Below are positions 47,085 through 56,686 of a stretch of 64,000 nt of DNA, piece after piece (the stretch's first letter is position 1; each line of letters begins with the position of its first letter). A model generated the notes under the pieces. It worked only from the letters and a program-made list of their open reading frames with translations. It was not told the origin of the DNA and ran no database searches. The position numbers were made by a program, and so were the translations under genes. Source of the stretch: Chthoniobacteraceae bacterium (GTDB lineage Bacteria; Verrucomicrobiota; Verrucomicrobiia; Chthoniobacterales; Chthoniobacteraceae); contig JANNWY010000083.1 of NCBI GenBank assembly GCA_031409335.1, forward strand, positions 64,001 through 128,000, given 5' to 3'.

Positions 47085-48202
47085 CGTTGCAGGCGCTTCA
47101 TCCATGCGCCGAGCGACAGGCCGAGGCGCGTCGAAAGGATCGCCAGACCGGCGGCGGCGAGACCGCGGGCGAGTGTGAGATCGTCGCCCATTTTCCAAAA
47201 CGCGATGCGCGCCTGCGGGTCGATCTTGAGGAAAAAAGGCCAGTGCATTCCGCCGCCGGCGAAGAACCAATTGTCCGCGGCAGGGGTGAGGAGGAACTGC
47301 GCGAAGTGCCATTGCACCGCGATGAAAACAACGAAGAACGCGAGCCCGGCCTCGAACGCGCGACGCCAGTCTTGAAATCGCTGCTCGCGTCCGGGAAACC
47401 AGCGCAGCAGTGCATCCATCGCGAGTGCGGGCGCGATGAGCAGCACGGGAAATGGCGGGGGCATCAGGTGATCGAGCGCGCTGTAAATCGGCGCGACGAG
47501 CGGCTTCGCGGGAAAGAGCGGCAGCAGCCAGACCGCGAGGCACATCACGGCGAAATGCACGAGCGCGGCGAGACTCGCGGAGCAGCGCGAGCGCCCGGCG
47601 GCGCCGACAGCCGCGAGAACGAACGGGTAGAGCCCGCAGGCGAGTTGGTAGAATGCCGCGCTGTGCTGGCGATTCGGGTAGGCGAACGCGATCGTGGCGA
47701 CGCTGATCATCGCGAGCAGCGATCCGCCGGCGACGATGAAGTGGAATCCCCGGCGCGTGCAGCAGAGCAAGACGCCGATGAGCATCGCGAAGAACGCGCA
47801 CGCTTTCACGATCTGCGGCGGATGCCAGATGCCGGCAGCGAGGCCGTAGTTCGATTGCCACCAAAGGTCGAGCAGCAGCGCGACGGCAAACGCCAGCGCG
47901 CCCCACGCGACGACCCACCCGCCAGACGGCGCGTGAAATTTTCCGATCCGCACTCCGACGGCGCGCGCATTCAGCCAGACCAAACCCAGCGCAACGACGC
48001 CGCCAAGGGCGACGGAAAGATAGGTCGCGACATGAGGCGGCGCCCACACGAGGTCGATGCCGACCGAGGATTCCCATGAAAAATCCCACAGCAGACTGGA
48101 TGGAATCCCGGCCGCCGCGAGGAGCAGAAGCCATGCGGTGAGCCGGAACCGATCGGGCGCACCGTTGGGGAAAGGCGGGGTTGGCGGCGGGGGAGTTTCC
48201 AT
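47081..48202 (-). CDS. Polytopic membrane protein with two DxxW(H)...PP(H)-like motifs
   Basis: About 9-10 hydrophobic segments; WDFSWESSVGIDLVWAPPH and LDLWWQSNYGLAAGIWHPPQ. Confidence 0.75.
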   Translation of the reverse strand: METPPPPTPPFPNGAPDRFRLTAWLLLLAAAGIPSSLLWDFSWESSVGIDLVWAPPHVATYLSVALGGVVALGLVWLNARAVGVRIGKFHAPSGGWVVAWGALAFAVALLLDLWWQSNYGLAAGIWHPPQIVKACAFFAMLIGVLLCCTRRGFHFIVAGGSLLAMISVATIAFAYPNRQHSAAFYQLACGLYPFVLAAVGAAGRSRCSASLAALVHFAVMCLAVWLLPLFPAKPLVAPIYSALDHLMPPPFPVLLIAPALAMDALLRWFPGREQRFQDWRRAFEAGLAFFVVFIAVQWHFAQFLLTPAADNWFFAGGGMHWPFFLKIDPQARIAFWKMGDDLTLARGLAAAGLAILSTRLGLSLGAWMKRLQR

Positions 48203-48464
48203 GTCGGGGAAGTTATTACACCAACGCAGGACCATCCGACCAGAATCCGCTTGGAAGGAGTGGGGTCATCATGTCGAACGGCCCGGCAGCTCATGCGGCG
48301 CCCGCATGAACTGCGAACCACGCGCGCAGCGCCAGCCACTGATCGCCGCACGCGATCTCCACTGAACTGGACTAATCGCGAGATTTCGCTTGCCAAATCA
48401 TCAAAAACAGAAGCTTCTCAGGCGAAGCAAAAACAAGCTGTCGCCCCCCCAAAAAAAAGTTTTC

Positions 48465-49064
48465 ATGAACACAAACATCTCCCGCCGCACTTCTACTCCA
48501 CTGCTCCGCCTCGCCGCCCTCGGCTGCGCCACGGCAATGCTCGGAACTTCCGCCGATGCCGGGTTTCATCTTTGGAGTATTCGGGAACTTTTCACCAATC
48601 TCGACGGCACGGTCCAATTCATTGAATTTTCCACTACTTCCGGGAACCAGCAGTTTGTGAGTGGCCAGACGATTCAGGTGCAGGATCAAGCGGCCACGAC
48701 GACCCACACGTTTACAATCCCTGCCAACCTGCCGTCAGATAGCGCCAATAAGACATTCCTTCTCGGGACTTCGACTCTCCTGGCGGCTGGCGGGCCTGCG
48801 CCGGACTATACGATCCCGAGCAACTTCCTCTTCACGGCGGGGGGGACGATCACTTTTTTTGGGGCCAATAGCGGCGCATATACGGCACTGCCCACCAACG
48901 GCGTGCTCTCTCGCGTTTTCCCAGGAACTACCAATCAAACGAACAGTCCAAGAAACTTCGCAGGCACCAGCGGTCAGGTAGTCGTGCCGGAACCGACGAC
49001 GTGGGCTTTGCTTGGCATCGGCGGCATCGGATGCTGCCTCCTGATGCGCCGCCGCGCGGCTTGA
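48465..49064 (+). CDS. PEP-CTERM surface protein
   Basis: Signal peptide ...SADA|GFHLW, C-terminal VPEPTTWALL + TM + RRR. Confidence 0.88.
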   Translation: MNTNISRRTSTPLLRLAALGCATAMLGTSADAGFHLWSIRELFTNLDGTVQFIEFSTTSGNQQFVSGQTIQVQDQAATTTHTFTIPANLPSDSANKTFLLGTSTLLAAGGPAPDYTIPSNFLFTAGGTITFFGANSGAYTALPTNGVLSRVFPGTTNQTNSPRNFAGTSGQVVVPEPTTWALLGIGGIGCCLLMRRRAA

Positions 49065-49085
49065 GCGTCGCACAGCCGCTTCCGC

Positions 49086-49946
49086 TCAAGGTTTGACGGA
49101 CATCGCGTGCCGCATTTCGTCGATCAACTCGGCGGCTTTCCATTCGTTCCCCGCGAACACTTTCCGCACCCGACCCGCGGCATCGACAACCACGGTGCGG
49201 AGCGAATGATCGAACTGTTCGCGGTTGCGCGCGACCATCAGGCCAAACTCGGCTCCGAGTCTTTGAATGTTCTCCGTCGAGCCGGTCGCAAAGTTCCATC
49301 GCCCGTTCCCGGTTTCGAAAGGTCTCGCGTATTCGGCAAGGCGCGCGGGAGTGTCGTATTCCGGGTCGATTGAAATCGAAAGCAGGTGCCAGTTCGCGTC
49401 CGCGGTTTCCGCTTCGAGCGCGCGCTGCGTCTCGGCGAAGTTGCGATTCATCAGCGGACAGAAATCCGGCAGCGGGCAGCGCGTGAAAATGAATGTGAAC
49501 GCGAACGCGCGGCCTTTGAAATCGCTCAGGCGAAACGCCGCGCCGCGTTGATCCACGAGCGCGCAATCCGGCAGCGGCGCACCAGGCGGCAGCGAGCCCA
49601 TTGCCTTCGTATCGATCGCCGCGAGATCGGCATGGCCGGTCTTTTTCAAACGATCGATCCAGCTCCGCGCATCCGACACTGAAAGGCGAAACGCGAGCGT
49701 GTCGCCGGGCACCCATTCTGCCAGCGACTCGGCTTCCGCCACGTCGAATTCCATCGTCATTGCCTCCATAAAACCGGGGATCGTCTCGTGCGCGATCACT
49801 GCCTTGCGCCGTGTCGCGTCGAGCTTCTGCAAGACGCCCGCCACCTCGTAAGTGCCCACCTTTTCCAGCACCGGAGCAGCGCTCTGCGGCGCACGCCCGC
49901 AGCCGTAAAGCAGGGTGGCGAGAAGGAGCAAAGGAAGGAAACGCAT
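49086..49946 (-). CDS. SCO family lipoprotein with an N-terminal CusF-like copper-binding domain
   Basis: Lipobox LYG|C, HETIPGFMEAMTMEF, FIFTRCPLPDFCP, ISIDPEYDTP, DHSLRT. Confidence 0.9.
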   Translation of the reverse strand: MRFLPLLLLATLLYGCGRAPQSAAPVLEKVGTYEVAGVLQKLDATRRKAVIAHETIPGFMEAMTMEFDVAEAESLAEWVPGDTLAFRLSVSDARSWIDRLKKTGHADLAAIDTKAMGSLPPGAPLPDCALVDQRGAAFRLSDFKGRAFAFTFIFTRCPLPDFCPLMNRNFAETQRALEAETADANWHLLSISIDPEYDTPARLAEYARPFETGNGRWNFATGSTENIQRLGAEFGLMVARNREQFDHSLRTVVVDAAGRVRKVFAGNEWKAAELIDEMRHAMSVKP

Positions 49947-50072
49947 CGGTTTTCTATTCATTGGCCAGATGAAATTTAGCCATGAAAAAATGCAAACGAC
50001 GCGACGAAAAGCAATGGAGTCGGATGGCGTGCGGGGATTTACTTCCCAGCCACATCCATCCACTCTCACGAA

Positions 50073-50852
50073 ATGAACGCCTCCTTTCTCAATCGCCTCC
50101 TTCTTGCACCGCTCGTCGCCGCCTGTGCCCCGCCCGCCTTCGCCGATGTCGGCGTGAATGCGAAACCGCTCGCTGGCGCCGAAGTCATCCTCGACGGTTC
50201 ACGCGGGATGCTCGACGACAAGTGGACCTATTGGGAAGGGCCGGGCTTCAAATCCGCGCTGCCGATCAAATGGAAAATCGTCGATGATCCGGTGGACAAA
50301 GGCACTGTCGTGATGACCGATGACCGCGCCGCGGACGGGGGAAAATACGGGACGGCGGACATCGTGACGAAAAAAGCGTATCGCGATTTCCGGCTGCACA
50401 TTGAGTTCCTCATCATGAAGCCCGGCGGCAACAGCGGCGTGTATTTGCAGAACCGGTTTGAGATTCAAGTGCTCGACGGCGACAAGACAAAGCACGGACT
50501 CGCCGCAGTGATCAACGAAACCGAATCGCCCTACCACGCCTACAAAGGTCTCGGCCAGTGGAACGCGTACGACATCGTCTTCCGCGCCGCGCGTTTCAAG
50601 GATGGGAAACTCGTCGAGAAGCCACTGGTGAGCATGTTTTTCAATGGCGTGAAAGTTCACGGAAACGTCGCGATCAACCAAGTCTGGGGCGGCCCGAACT
50701 CCGGGCTCGACGGCGGCAACGACGGCGGCAAGGGGATCACCGACACGCCGGGCGGATTGAAGCTGCAGAACGAAGGGCACGACGTGCGCTACCGCAATGC
50801 GTGGATCAAGGAACTCGATCTCAAAGACGCGGACACAGACTTCAAGGAATAG
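50073..50852 (+). CDS. DUF1080 (3-keto-disaccharide hydrolase-like) protein
   Basis: DFRLHIEF, GNSGVYL, EIQVLD, WNAYDI, LQNEGHDVRYRNAWIKEL. Confidence 0.88.
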   Translation: MNASFLNRLLLAPLVAACAPPAFADVGVNAKPLAGAEVILDGSRGMLDDKWTYWEGPGFKSALPIKWKIVDDPVDKGTVVMTDDRAADGGKYGTADIVTKKAYRDFRLHIEFLIMKPGGNSGVYLQNRFEIQVLDGDKTKHGLAAVINETESPYHAYKGLGQWNAYDIVFRAARFKDGKLVEKPLVSMFFNGVKVHGNVAINQVWGGPNSGLDGGNDGGKGITDTPGGLKLQNEGHDVRYRNAWIKELDLKDADTDFKE

Positions 50853-51007
50853 TCTGATCGCGATCGAATCGCCTCACGATGGGCCGACTGCGTTCGATCC
50901 CAAGTCGGCTGCGGTTGGAAATCGTATAAGTTTTCGCCCGTCCAAGTCTTGACTCGCCGCGCTGCCGGACGTGTCCTCCACTTCTGCAAATCGCACCGCC
51001 CACTTCC

Positions 51008-54000
51008 ATGAAAAAACTCCCATCCAAACTCTTCATCGCGGCGACCGCCGCCCTTGTCTCAGCCTCGTCCGCGTTCGCAAAGACCCCGGACGGCAAGACG
51101 TGCGTGCTTCTGCTCGCCGGCAAACCATCGCACGGGCCGGGCGAGCATGAGCACAATGCGGGCGTAAAGCTGTTCGCAAAATGTCTCGCCCAGGGTGCGC
51201 CGAATGTCGTCACCAAGGTCCATCTCAGTGCGGATTGGCCGAATGCGGATGAACTTTCGCAGGCGGACACGATCCTGTTTTACGCGGATGGCGGCGGCGG
51301 GCATTTCCTGCTCGCGGGCGATCGCCTCGCGCAGATGGAGAAGGAGATGAAACGCGGGGCTGGCGTCGTGTGTTTGCATTACGCGGTCGAGTTCCCCGCG
51401 GACAAAGGCGGGCCGCAAATGCTGGACTGGATGGGCGGTTTTTTTGAAGCGAACTGGTCGGTGAATCCGCACTGGGTGGCCGAATACAAGGAGCTGCCGA
51501 AGCACCCGATTAGCAGTGGCGTGAAGCCCTTCAGCACGAATGACGAATGGTATTTCCATATGCGTTTTAACGAGCGCGCGGGGAAACTCACGCACGTGCT
51601 CGCCACGGTCGCACCCGACAGCACGATGAGCCGCGGAGACGGGCCGCATTCTGGAAATCCCGCCGTGCGCGCGGCGGTCGCCGCAAAGAAACCACAGACG
51701 ACGGCGTGGGCATTTGAGCGGCCCGACGGCGGGCGCGGTTTTGGATTCACCGGCGGCCATTTTCACAAGAGCTGGGGCAATGACGATCAGCGGAAGCTCG
51801 TGCTGAATGCGATCCTCTGGACGGCGAAAGCGGACGTGCCGGCGAACGGCGTGGAGTCGAAGGTTTCAGAAGAAGAACTCAACGCGGATCTCGATCCGAA
51901 AGGCCAAAAGCGAAAGCCCAGCGCGGCAGCCGTGCCGAACGGGGAACGATACGGTCTCGAAGCCGCGAAGAAAAACATGGCGACATTCAAGACACCCGAC
52001 GGCCTCCAGCCCTCGCTCGTCGCCGCAGAGCCGATGATTCAGAATCCGACGAACATCGAAATCGATTCGCGCGGTCGCATCTGGGCGGTTGAGTGCTTGA
52101 ACTATCGCGGTCATATGACGACGCGCCCCGAAGGAGATCGCGTGGTCATTCTCGAAGACACCGATGGCGACGGCGTGGCCGACAAGGACAAGACGTTTTA
52201 CCAAAACACGGCGATGACGAATCCGCTCGGCATCTGTGTGCTGCCGCAGGCAAAAGGCACGAAGGTCATCGTCAGCGCCGCACCAAATGTCTGGCTGCTG
52301 ACGGACAAGGATGGCGACGATGTGGCCGAAGACGCGAAGGTGATTTTCAAAGTGGGCGGCGTGTGGAACTACGACCACCAAATCCACGCGTTCGTGTTCG
52401 GACCCGACGGGAAATTTTATTTCAATGCGGGCAATTCCATCACCGAACTTTTCTGGCCGGACGGCTCCATCGTGAAGGATCTCGCGGGCAACGAAATCAC
52501 GAACAAGGGCAAGCCGTATCGCCAGGGCATGGTCTATCGCTGTGACCTCGATCTCGAAACTGGGAAAGCCAGCAACGTCGAAACGCTCGGGCACAATTTT
52601 CGCAACAACTACGAAGTCGCGGTCGATTCCTTCGGCACGATGTGGCAGTCCGACAATGACGACGACGGCAACAAAGGCGTGCGCATCAATTATGTGATGG
52701 AGTTTGGCAACTACGGCTTCACGGATGAAATCACGGGCGCAGGCTGGCAGTCGCCGCGCACGAATCTCGAAAGCGAAATCCCGCTCCGCCACTGGCACCT
52801 GAACGATCCCGGCGTCGTGCCGAATCTGCTGCAAACCGGCGGCGGCTCACCGACGGGGATTCTTGTCAACGAAGGGTCCGCGCTCGGCCCCCAGTTCACA
52901 AATCAACTCATCCATTGCGATGCCGGCCCGCGCACGGTCCGCGCGTATCCCGTGGAAAGTGACGGCGCGGGTTACAAGGCCACGATGGTCGATGTGCTCA
53001 CGTCTTCCGACGCATGGTATCGCGTCGCCGATCTCGCCATCGCGCCCGATGGGTCGCTCGTCGTCGCGGACTGGTACGATCCAGGCGTCGGCGGCCACGC
53101 GATGGGCGATCACGAGCCTGGGAAAGTCATGGGCCGCATCTACCGCGTCAGCGCGACCGGCGCGAAAGCCGCCACGCCGAAGCCGGACTTCGCCACCGCC
53201 GCAGGTGCCGCGCAGGCGCTGACCTCGCCGAATCTCCCCACGCAATACGCCGCGTGGACCGCGCTGCACGCGATGGGCGCGCAGGCCGAACCCGAACTGC
53301 TCCAACTTTTCAAATCCAAAAACCCGCGCCACCGCGCCCGCGCCCTTGGCTTGCTCGCACGCTGCAAAGGCCACGAGACGGCGCACCTTCGCGCGGGTCT
53401 CGAAGACGCGGATGAAAACGTGCGTATCGCCGCCATCCGCCTCGCCACCACGCTCGAACGCAGCAAAGTCATCGACACCAGCCCGCTCGACGAAGACCGC
53501 GCGCTCGTCGGCAAACTGCTCCGCGACACTCCCGCCGTCCGCCGCCAAATCGCGCTCTCGCTTTACCGCTCGCACAAGATCGAGCCGCTCTGGAGCGCGC
53601 TTGCCCAGCAGCACGACGGCAAGGATCGCTGGTATCTCGAAGCGCTCGGCATCGGCTCGATCGGAAATGAAGACGCCTGCTTCGACGCATGGCTCGCCGC
53701 CGTCGGTGACAAGTGGAACACGCCCGCCGGCCGCGACATCATCTGGCGCCTGCGCTCCGCAAAAAACGCAGAGTTCCTCGCCAAACTCATTGCCGACAAG
53801 TCGATCGCGGACGCCGACAAAGCGCGCTACTTCCGCGCGTTCGACTTCCTCCCCGCTTCGCCTGCGAAAACGAAAACGCTGGTCACGCTCGCTTCCGTCG
53901 GTTCCGCCGACGGCATCATCCGCGAGGCGCTCGTCCGGCTCAAAGGCGTCGATCTCAACGCCAATCCGGACGTCTCAAAAACCCTCAATGCAGCGCTCGA

Positions 54001-54940
54001 CCGCGCCAAAGGAACCGCCTCTTTCATCGATCTCGTCCGCGATTTCGGAGCGCCGAATCAAGGCCCCGCCATCCTCGAAACCGCAGTCGCAATCGCCAGT
54101 CAACCCGCCGCGTCCGACGCCGTGAAACTGCTTACGAAGCAGCCAGATTGGGAGCAAGTCGTCAACGACGCGCTGGCCTCACCAAAGGCATCCGCCGTCG
54201 TCGATCTGCTCGGCACTACTGGCACCAGCGCGGGTATCAGCAGGCTTGCTTCGCTCGTTTCAGGCGAAAATCAGAAACCGGAAATTCGCCAGCAAGCCAT
54301 CCGCGCCCTCGCCCGGACGCAATCGGGAGCGGCAAAGCTCATTGGCCTCGCGAAGGGGCAAAACTTGCCTGCGGAACTGGCACCCGTCGCCGGCAGCGCG
54401 CTCCGGCTTGTCGAATACACCAGCCTGAAAAAAGACATTGATGAACATTTCCCCGCACCCGCCGCACTCGGCGGAAAGCCGCTGCCGCCGCTGGCCGAAC
54501 TCGTGAAATTGAAAGGCGACATCGACAAGGGCCGCGCCATTTTCGAGCGCGCGGAAATCTCGTGTGTCATGTGCCACCGCGTCGGAAATAAAGGCGCCGA
54601 TTTCGGCCCCGCACTCAGCGAAATCGGCTCGAAATCGCCGAAGGAACAAATTTATGAAAACATCGTGAACCCCAGCAGCGGCTTGAGCATGGGCTTTGAA
54701 ACGACGCAACTCGCGCTGAAAGATGGCGGCCTCGGCCTCGGCATCGTGCGCAGCGAAACCGGCGAGGAACTGGTGCTCGCCCTGCCCGGCGGCGCGAGTA
54801 ACAAGTTCGACAAAAAGCAGATCGCCAAACGCGAAAAACTCACCACCTCGATGATGCCGAGCGGGCTGAATCAGGCGCTCACGCAGGATGATCTCGTGAA
54901 CCTTGTCGAATACCTATCCTCGCTCAAAACCGTGAAGTAG
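51008..54940 (+). CDS. ThuA-like plus PVC-type membrane-bound dehydrogenase/HEAT/cytochrome c protein
   Basis: SHGPGEHEH, FTGGHFH, AAEPMIQNP...DSRGRIW, EDTDGDGVAD, DWYDPGVGGH, CVMCH, SMMPSGL. Confidence 0.88.
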   Translation: MKKLPSKLFIAATAALVSASSAFAKTPDGKTCVLLLAGKPSHGPGEHEHNAGVKLFAKCLAQGAPNVVTKVHLSADWPNADELSQADTILFYADGGGGHFLLAGDRLAQMEKEMKRGAGVVCLHYAVEFPADKGGPQMLDWMGGFFEANWSVNPHWVAEYKELPKHPISSGVKPFSTNDEWYFHMRFNERAGKLTHVLATVAPDSTMSRGDGPHSGNPAVRAAVAAKKPQTTAWAFERPDGGRGFGFTGGHFHKSWGNDDQRKLVLNAILWTAKADVPANGVESKVSEEELNADLDPKGQKRKPSAAAVPNGERYGLEAAKKNMATFKTPDGLQPSLVAAEPMIQNPTNIEIDSRGRIWAVECLNYRGHMTTRPEGDRVVILEDTDGDGVADKDKTFYQNTAMTNPLGICVLPQAKGTKVIVSAAPNVWLLTDKDGDDVAEDAKVIFKVGGVWNYDHQIHAFVFGPDGKFYFNAGNSITELFWPDGSIVKDLAGNEITNKGKPYRQGMVYRCDLDLETGKASNVETLGHNFRNNYEVAVDSFGTMWQSDNDDDGNKGVRINYVMEFGNYGFTDEITGAGWQSPRTNLESEIPLRHWHLNDPGVVPNLLQTGGGSPTGILVNEGSALGPQFTNQLIHCDAGPRTVRAYPVESDGAGYKATMVDVLTSSDAWYRVADLAIAPDGSLVVADWYDPGVGGHAMGDHEPGKVMGRIYRVSATGAKAATPKPDFATAAGAAQALTSPNLPTQYAAWTALHAMGAQAEPELLQLFKSKNPRHRARALGLLARCKGHETAHLRAGLEDADENVRIAAIRLATTLERSKVIDTSPLDEDRALVGKLLRDTPAVRRQIALSLYRSHKIEPLWSALAQQHDGKDRWYLEALGIGSIGNEDACFDAWLAAVGDKWNTPAGRDIIWRLRSAKNAEFLAKLIADKSIADADKARYFRAFDFLPASPAKTKTLVTLASVGSADGIIREALVRLKGVDLNANPDVSKTLNAALDRAKGTASFIDLVRDFGAPNQGPAILETAVAIASQPAASDAVKLLTKQPDWEQVVNDALASPKASAVVDLLGTTGTSAGISRLASLVSGENQKPEIRQQAIRALARTQSGAAKLIGLAKGQNLPAELAPVAGSALRLVEYTSLKKDIDEHFPAPAALGGKPLPPLAELVKLKGDIDKGRAIFERAEISCVMCHRVGNKGADFGPALSEIGSKSPKEQIYENIVNPSSGLSMGFETTQLALKDGGLGLGIVRSETGEELVLALPGGASNKFDKKQIAKREKLTTSMMPSGLNQALTQDDLVNLVEYLSSLKTVK

Positions 54941-54959
54941 TTCCGACCCGGTGAAGCGT

Positions 54960-54977
54960 CTGGCATCGCTGCTGCTA
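54960..54977 (+). promoter_or_regulatory. Sigma-54 promoter
   Basis: CTGGCATCGCTGCTGCTA; GG(54962-63)-N10-GC(54974-75). Confidence 0.6.
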
Positions 54978-54988
54978 GGGCACGGCGT

Positions 54989-55363
54989 ATGTATCCGCTT
55001 CTCGTCAATGCCATCGCCGCCACTGCCGGCAATCTGATTGATCGCTGGGCGCAATCATCGGCACGGAAAACAACCGAGCGGAGCGTTGCCTTTCAGCAGG
55101 TGCTCGATAGTGCGGCAACGCCCCGGCAAACCGCCGCCGCCGCGATCGACAAGCTTCGCAGCGCATTGCTCGCGTCGCCCGAGATTCGCACCGCGGTGGA
55201 TTCCAGCGATCCCGCGAACCCGATGAGTCTCCAACTTTCACCCGACGGCACCGTGTCCGCCCAAGCTCCCGGGCAATCCCTCCGCCCAATCTTCCTCTCG
55301 CCTGAAACGGCGATGCTCGCCCGCTCGCTGGCCGCCGCGCTTCCGGCAAACGCTTCGCTCTAA
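54989..55363 (+). CDS. Hypothetical protein, possibly flagellum-associated
   Basis: 124-aa ORF directly upstream of flgB with its own sigma-54 motif. Confidence 0.65.
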   Translation: MYPLLVNAIAATAGNLIDRWAQSSARKTTERSVAFQQVLDSAATPRQTAAAAIDKLRSALLASPEIRTAVDSSDPANPMSLQLSPDGTVSAQAPGQSLRPIFLSPETAMLARSLAAALPANASL

Positions 55364-55502
55364 ATCGCGTCCGCGAAACCCGGCAAGAACCTCCACCGCG
55401 CGTCCTTCGCGCCGGGCAGAAACGTCCACATCCGGGCGCGCTGCCAACCCCGCGTCACCCGCATTCCTTGTATTTATGCCTATTCCCAGCCTTTCGATTT
55501 CA

Positions 55503-55520
55503 CTGGCACATGCGCTGCTA
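55503..55520 (+). promoter_or_regulatory. Sigma-54 promoter of the flagellar operon
   Basis: CTGGCACATGCGCTGCTA; GG(55505-06)-N10-GC(55517-18). Confidence 0.7.
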
Positions 55521-55532
55521 TGCCTGCTCCCG

Positions 55533-55910
55533 ATGATCGAGCAACTTTTTTCCGGGGCAAACTATCAAGCCACGAAACAGCTTTTGGACGTCGCAATCGT
55601 TCGTCACGAAGCGCTCGCCGCCAATCTCTCGAACATCGAAACGCCAGGTTACAAACGCGTCGATTTACCGAAGGACTTCGCGCAGGAATTTACCGCCCAC
55701 ATGCGCGCCGGCGGTGGGCCAGCCGCGCCGAAACCAAGCATTGTGGAAGACTCCACCGCCACCGCGCGCCGCAAGGATGGCAACACCGTCCAGCTCGACA
55801 AAGAGCTGCTCGCCATGACGAAAAACGAAGCGGAGTACGACATGCTCACCGAATTCGTGAGTGGCTCGATCAAACAACTGCGGCTCGCCATCACCGGACG
55901 CTCCGCCTGA
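55533..55910 (+). CDS. flgB: Flagellar basal-body rod protein FlgB
   Basis: RHEALAANLSNIETPGYKR, RKDGNTVQLDKE; start set at ATG 55533. Confidence 0.94.
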   Translation: MIEQLFSGANYQATKQLLDVAIVRHEALAANLSNIETPGYKRVDLPKDFAQEFTAHMRAGGGPAAPKPSIVEDSTATARRKDGNTVQLDKELLAMTKNEAEYDMLTEFVSGSIKQLRLAITGRSA

Positions 55911-55915
55911 TCCGT

Positions 55916-56323
55916 ATGAACTTCATCTCTGGCATCAACGCCACCTCCAGCGCGCTCGACGCGGAGAAACTGCGCATGGACATCGTCGCCGAAAACATCG
56001 CGAACGCCTACACCACGCGCGGTCTCGACGGAAAAGTGTATCAGCGCAAGACCGTCGCATTCGAGGCACTGATGAATAGTGGAAGCGAACGCGCAAGCGG
56101 CGTCCGCGTCGCGGAAATCGGGGCCGACGAAACCCCCGGCGAATTCATTTACAATCCGACGCACCCGCACGCGAACAAGGAAGGCATGGTGCAGATGCCA
56201 AATGTCAGCGTCTCCACGGAAATGGTCGATTTGCTCGCGGCATCGCGGGCGTATGAGGCGAATCTTTCCGTCATCCGAAACGCGCGCCAGATGGCCGCGA
56301 AAGCACTCGCGATCGGTCGCTAA
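55916..56323 (+). CDS. flgC: Flagellar basal-body rod protein FlgC
   Basis: RMDIVAENIANA, YNPTHPHANKEG, PNV...EMVDLLAASRAYEAN. Confidence 0.95.
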   Translation: MNFISGINATSSALDAEKLRMDIVAENIANAYTTRGLDGKVYQRKTVAFEALMNSGSERASGVRVAEIGADETPGEFIYNPTHPHANKEGMVQMPNVSVSTEMVDLLAASRAYEANLSVIRNARQMAAKALAIGR

Positions 56324-56334
56324 ACCTTACACCT

Positions 56335-56658
56335 ATGCGCATCGGTTCACTTCCCATTCCGCAGCCGCAGGAGCTGCAGCAGTTGCTCGATTCTTCGCGG
56401 GTCGCGAAGCCGGATGCCAGCGCCGCTGCCTCCGGCAGTCCGAAATTTTCCAACTTCCTCGAAGGCGCAATCGCCGAGGTGAACGGAAAAATGCAGGCCG
56501 CCGACGCGGAGAAAACAAAGCTGTTCACCGGCGAAACGAACAACCTTCACCAGGCGATGATTTCCATGCAGGAGGCAAGCGTCGCCTTCTCGCTGATGGT
56601 CGAGGTGCGCAACAAACTCGTCGAGAGCTATCAGGAAATCATGCGGATGCAGGTCTGA
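56335..56658 (+). CDS. fliE: Flagellar hook-basal body protein FliE
   Basis: LHQAMI...VEVRNKLVESYQEIMRMQV. Confidence 0.95.
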   Translation: MRIGSLPIPQPQELQQLLDSSRVAKPDASAAASGSPKFSNFLEGAIAEVNGKMQAADAEKTKLFTGETNNLHQAMISMQEASVAFSLMVEVRNKLVESYQEIMRMQV

Positions 56659-56686
56659 GGCGTTCCGCGATTTCTGAATCACCCGG

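Noticed and set aside
47085..48134. 859-aa version of the His-rich protein
   Set aside because: Arg-rich out-of-frame overlap with the membrane protein gene; the real start is at 47084 (ATGA coupling)
45555..48202. Bona fide pMMO/AMO operon
   Set aside because: No pmoA-like gene, no recognisable overall similarity, and putative ligands partly substituted; kept only as an architectural analogy
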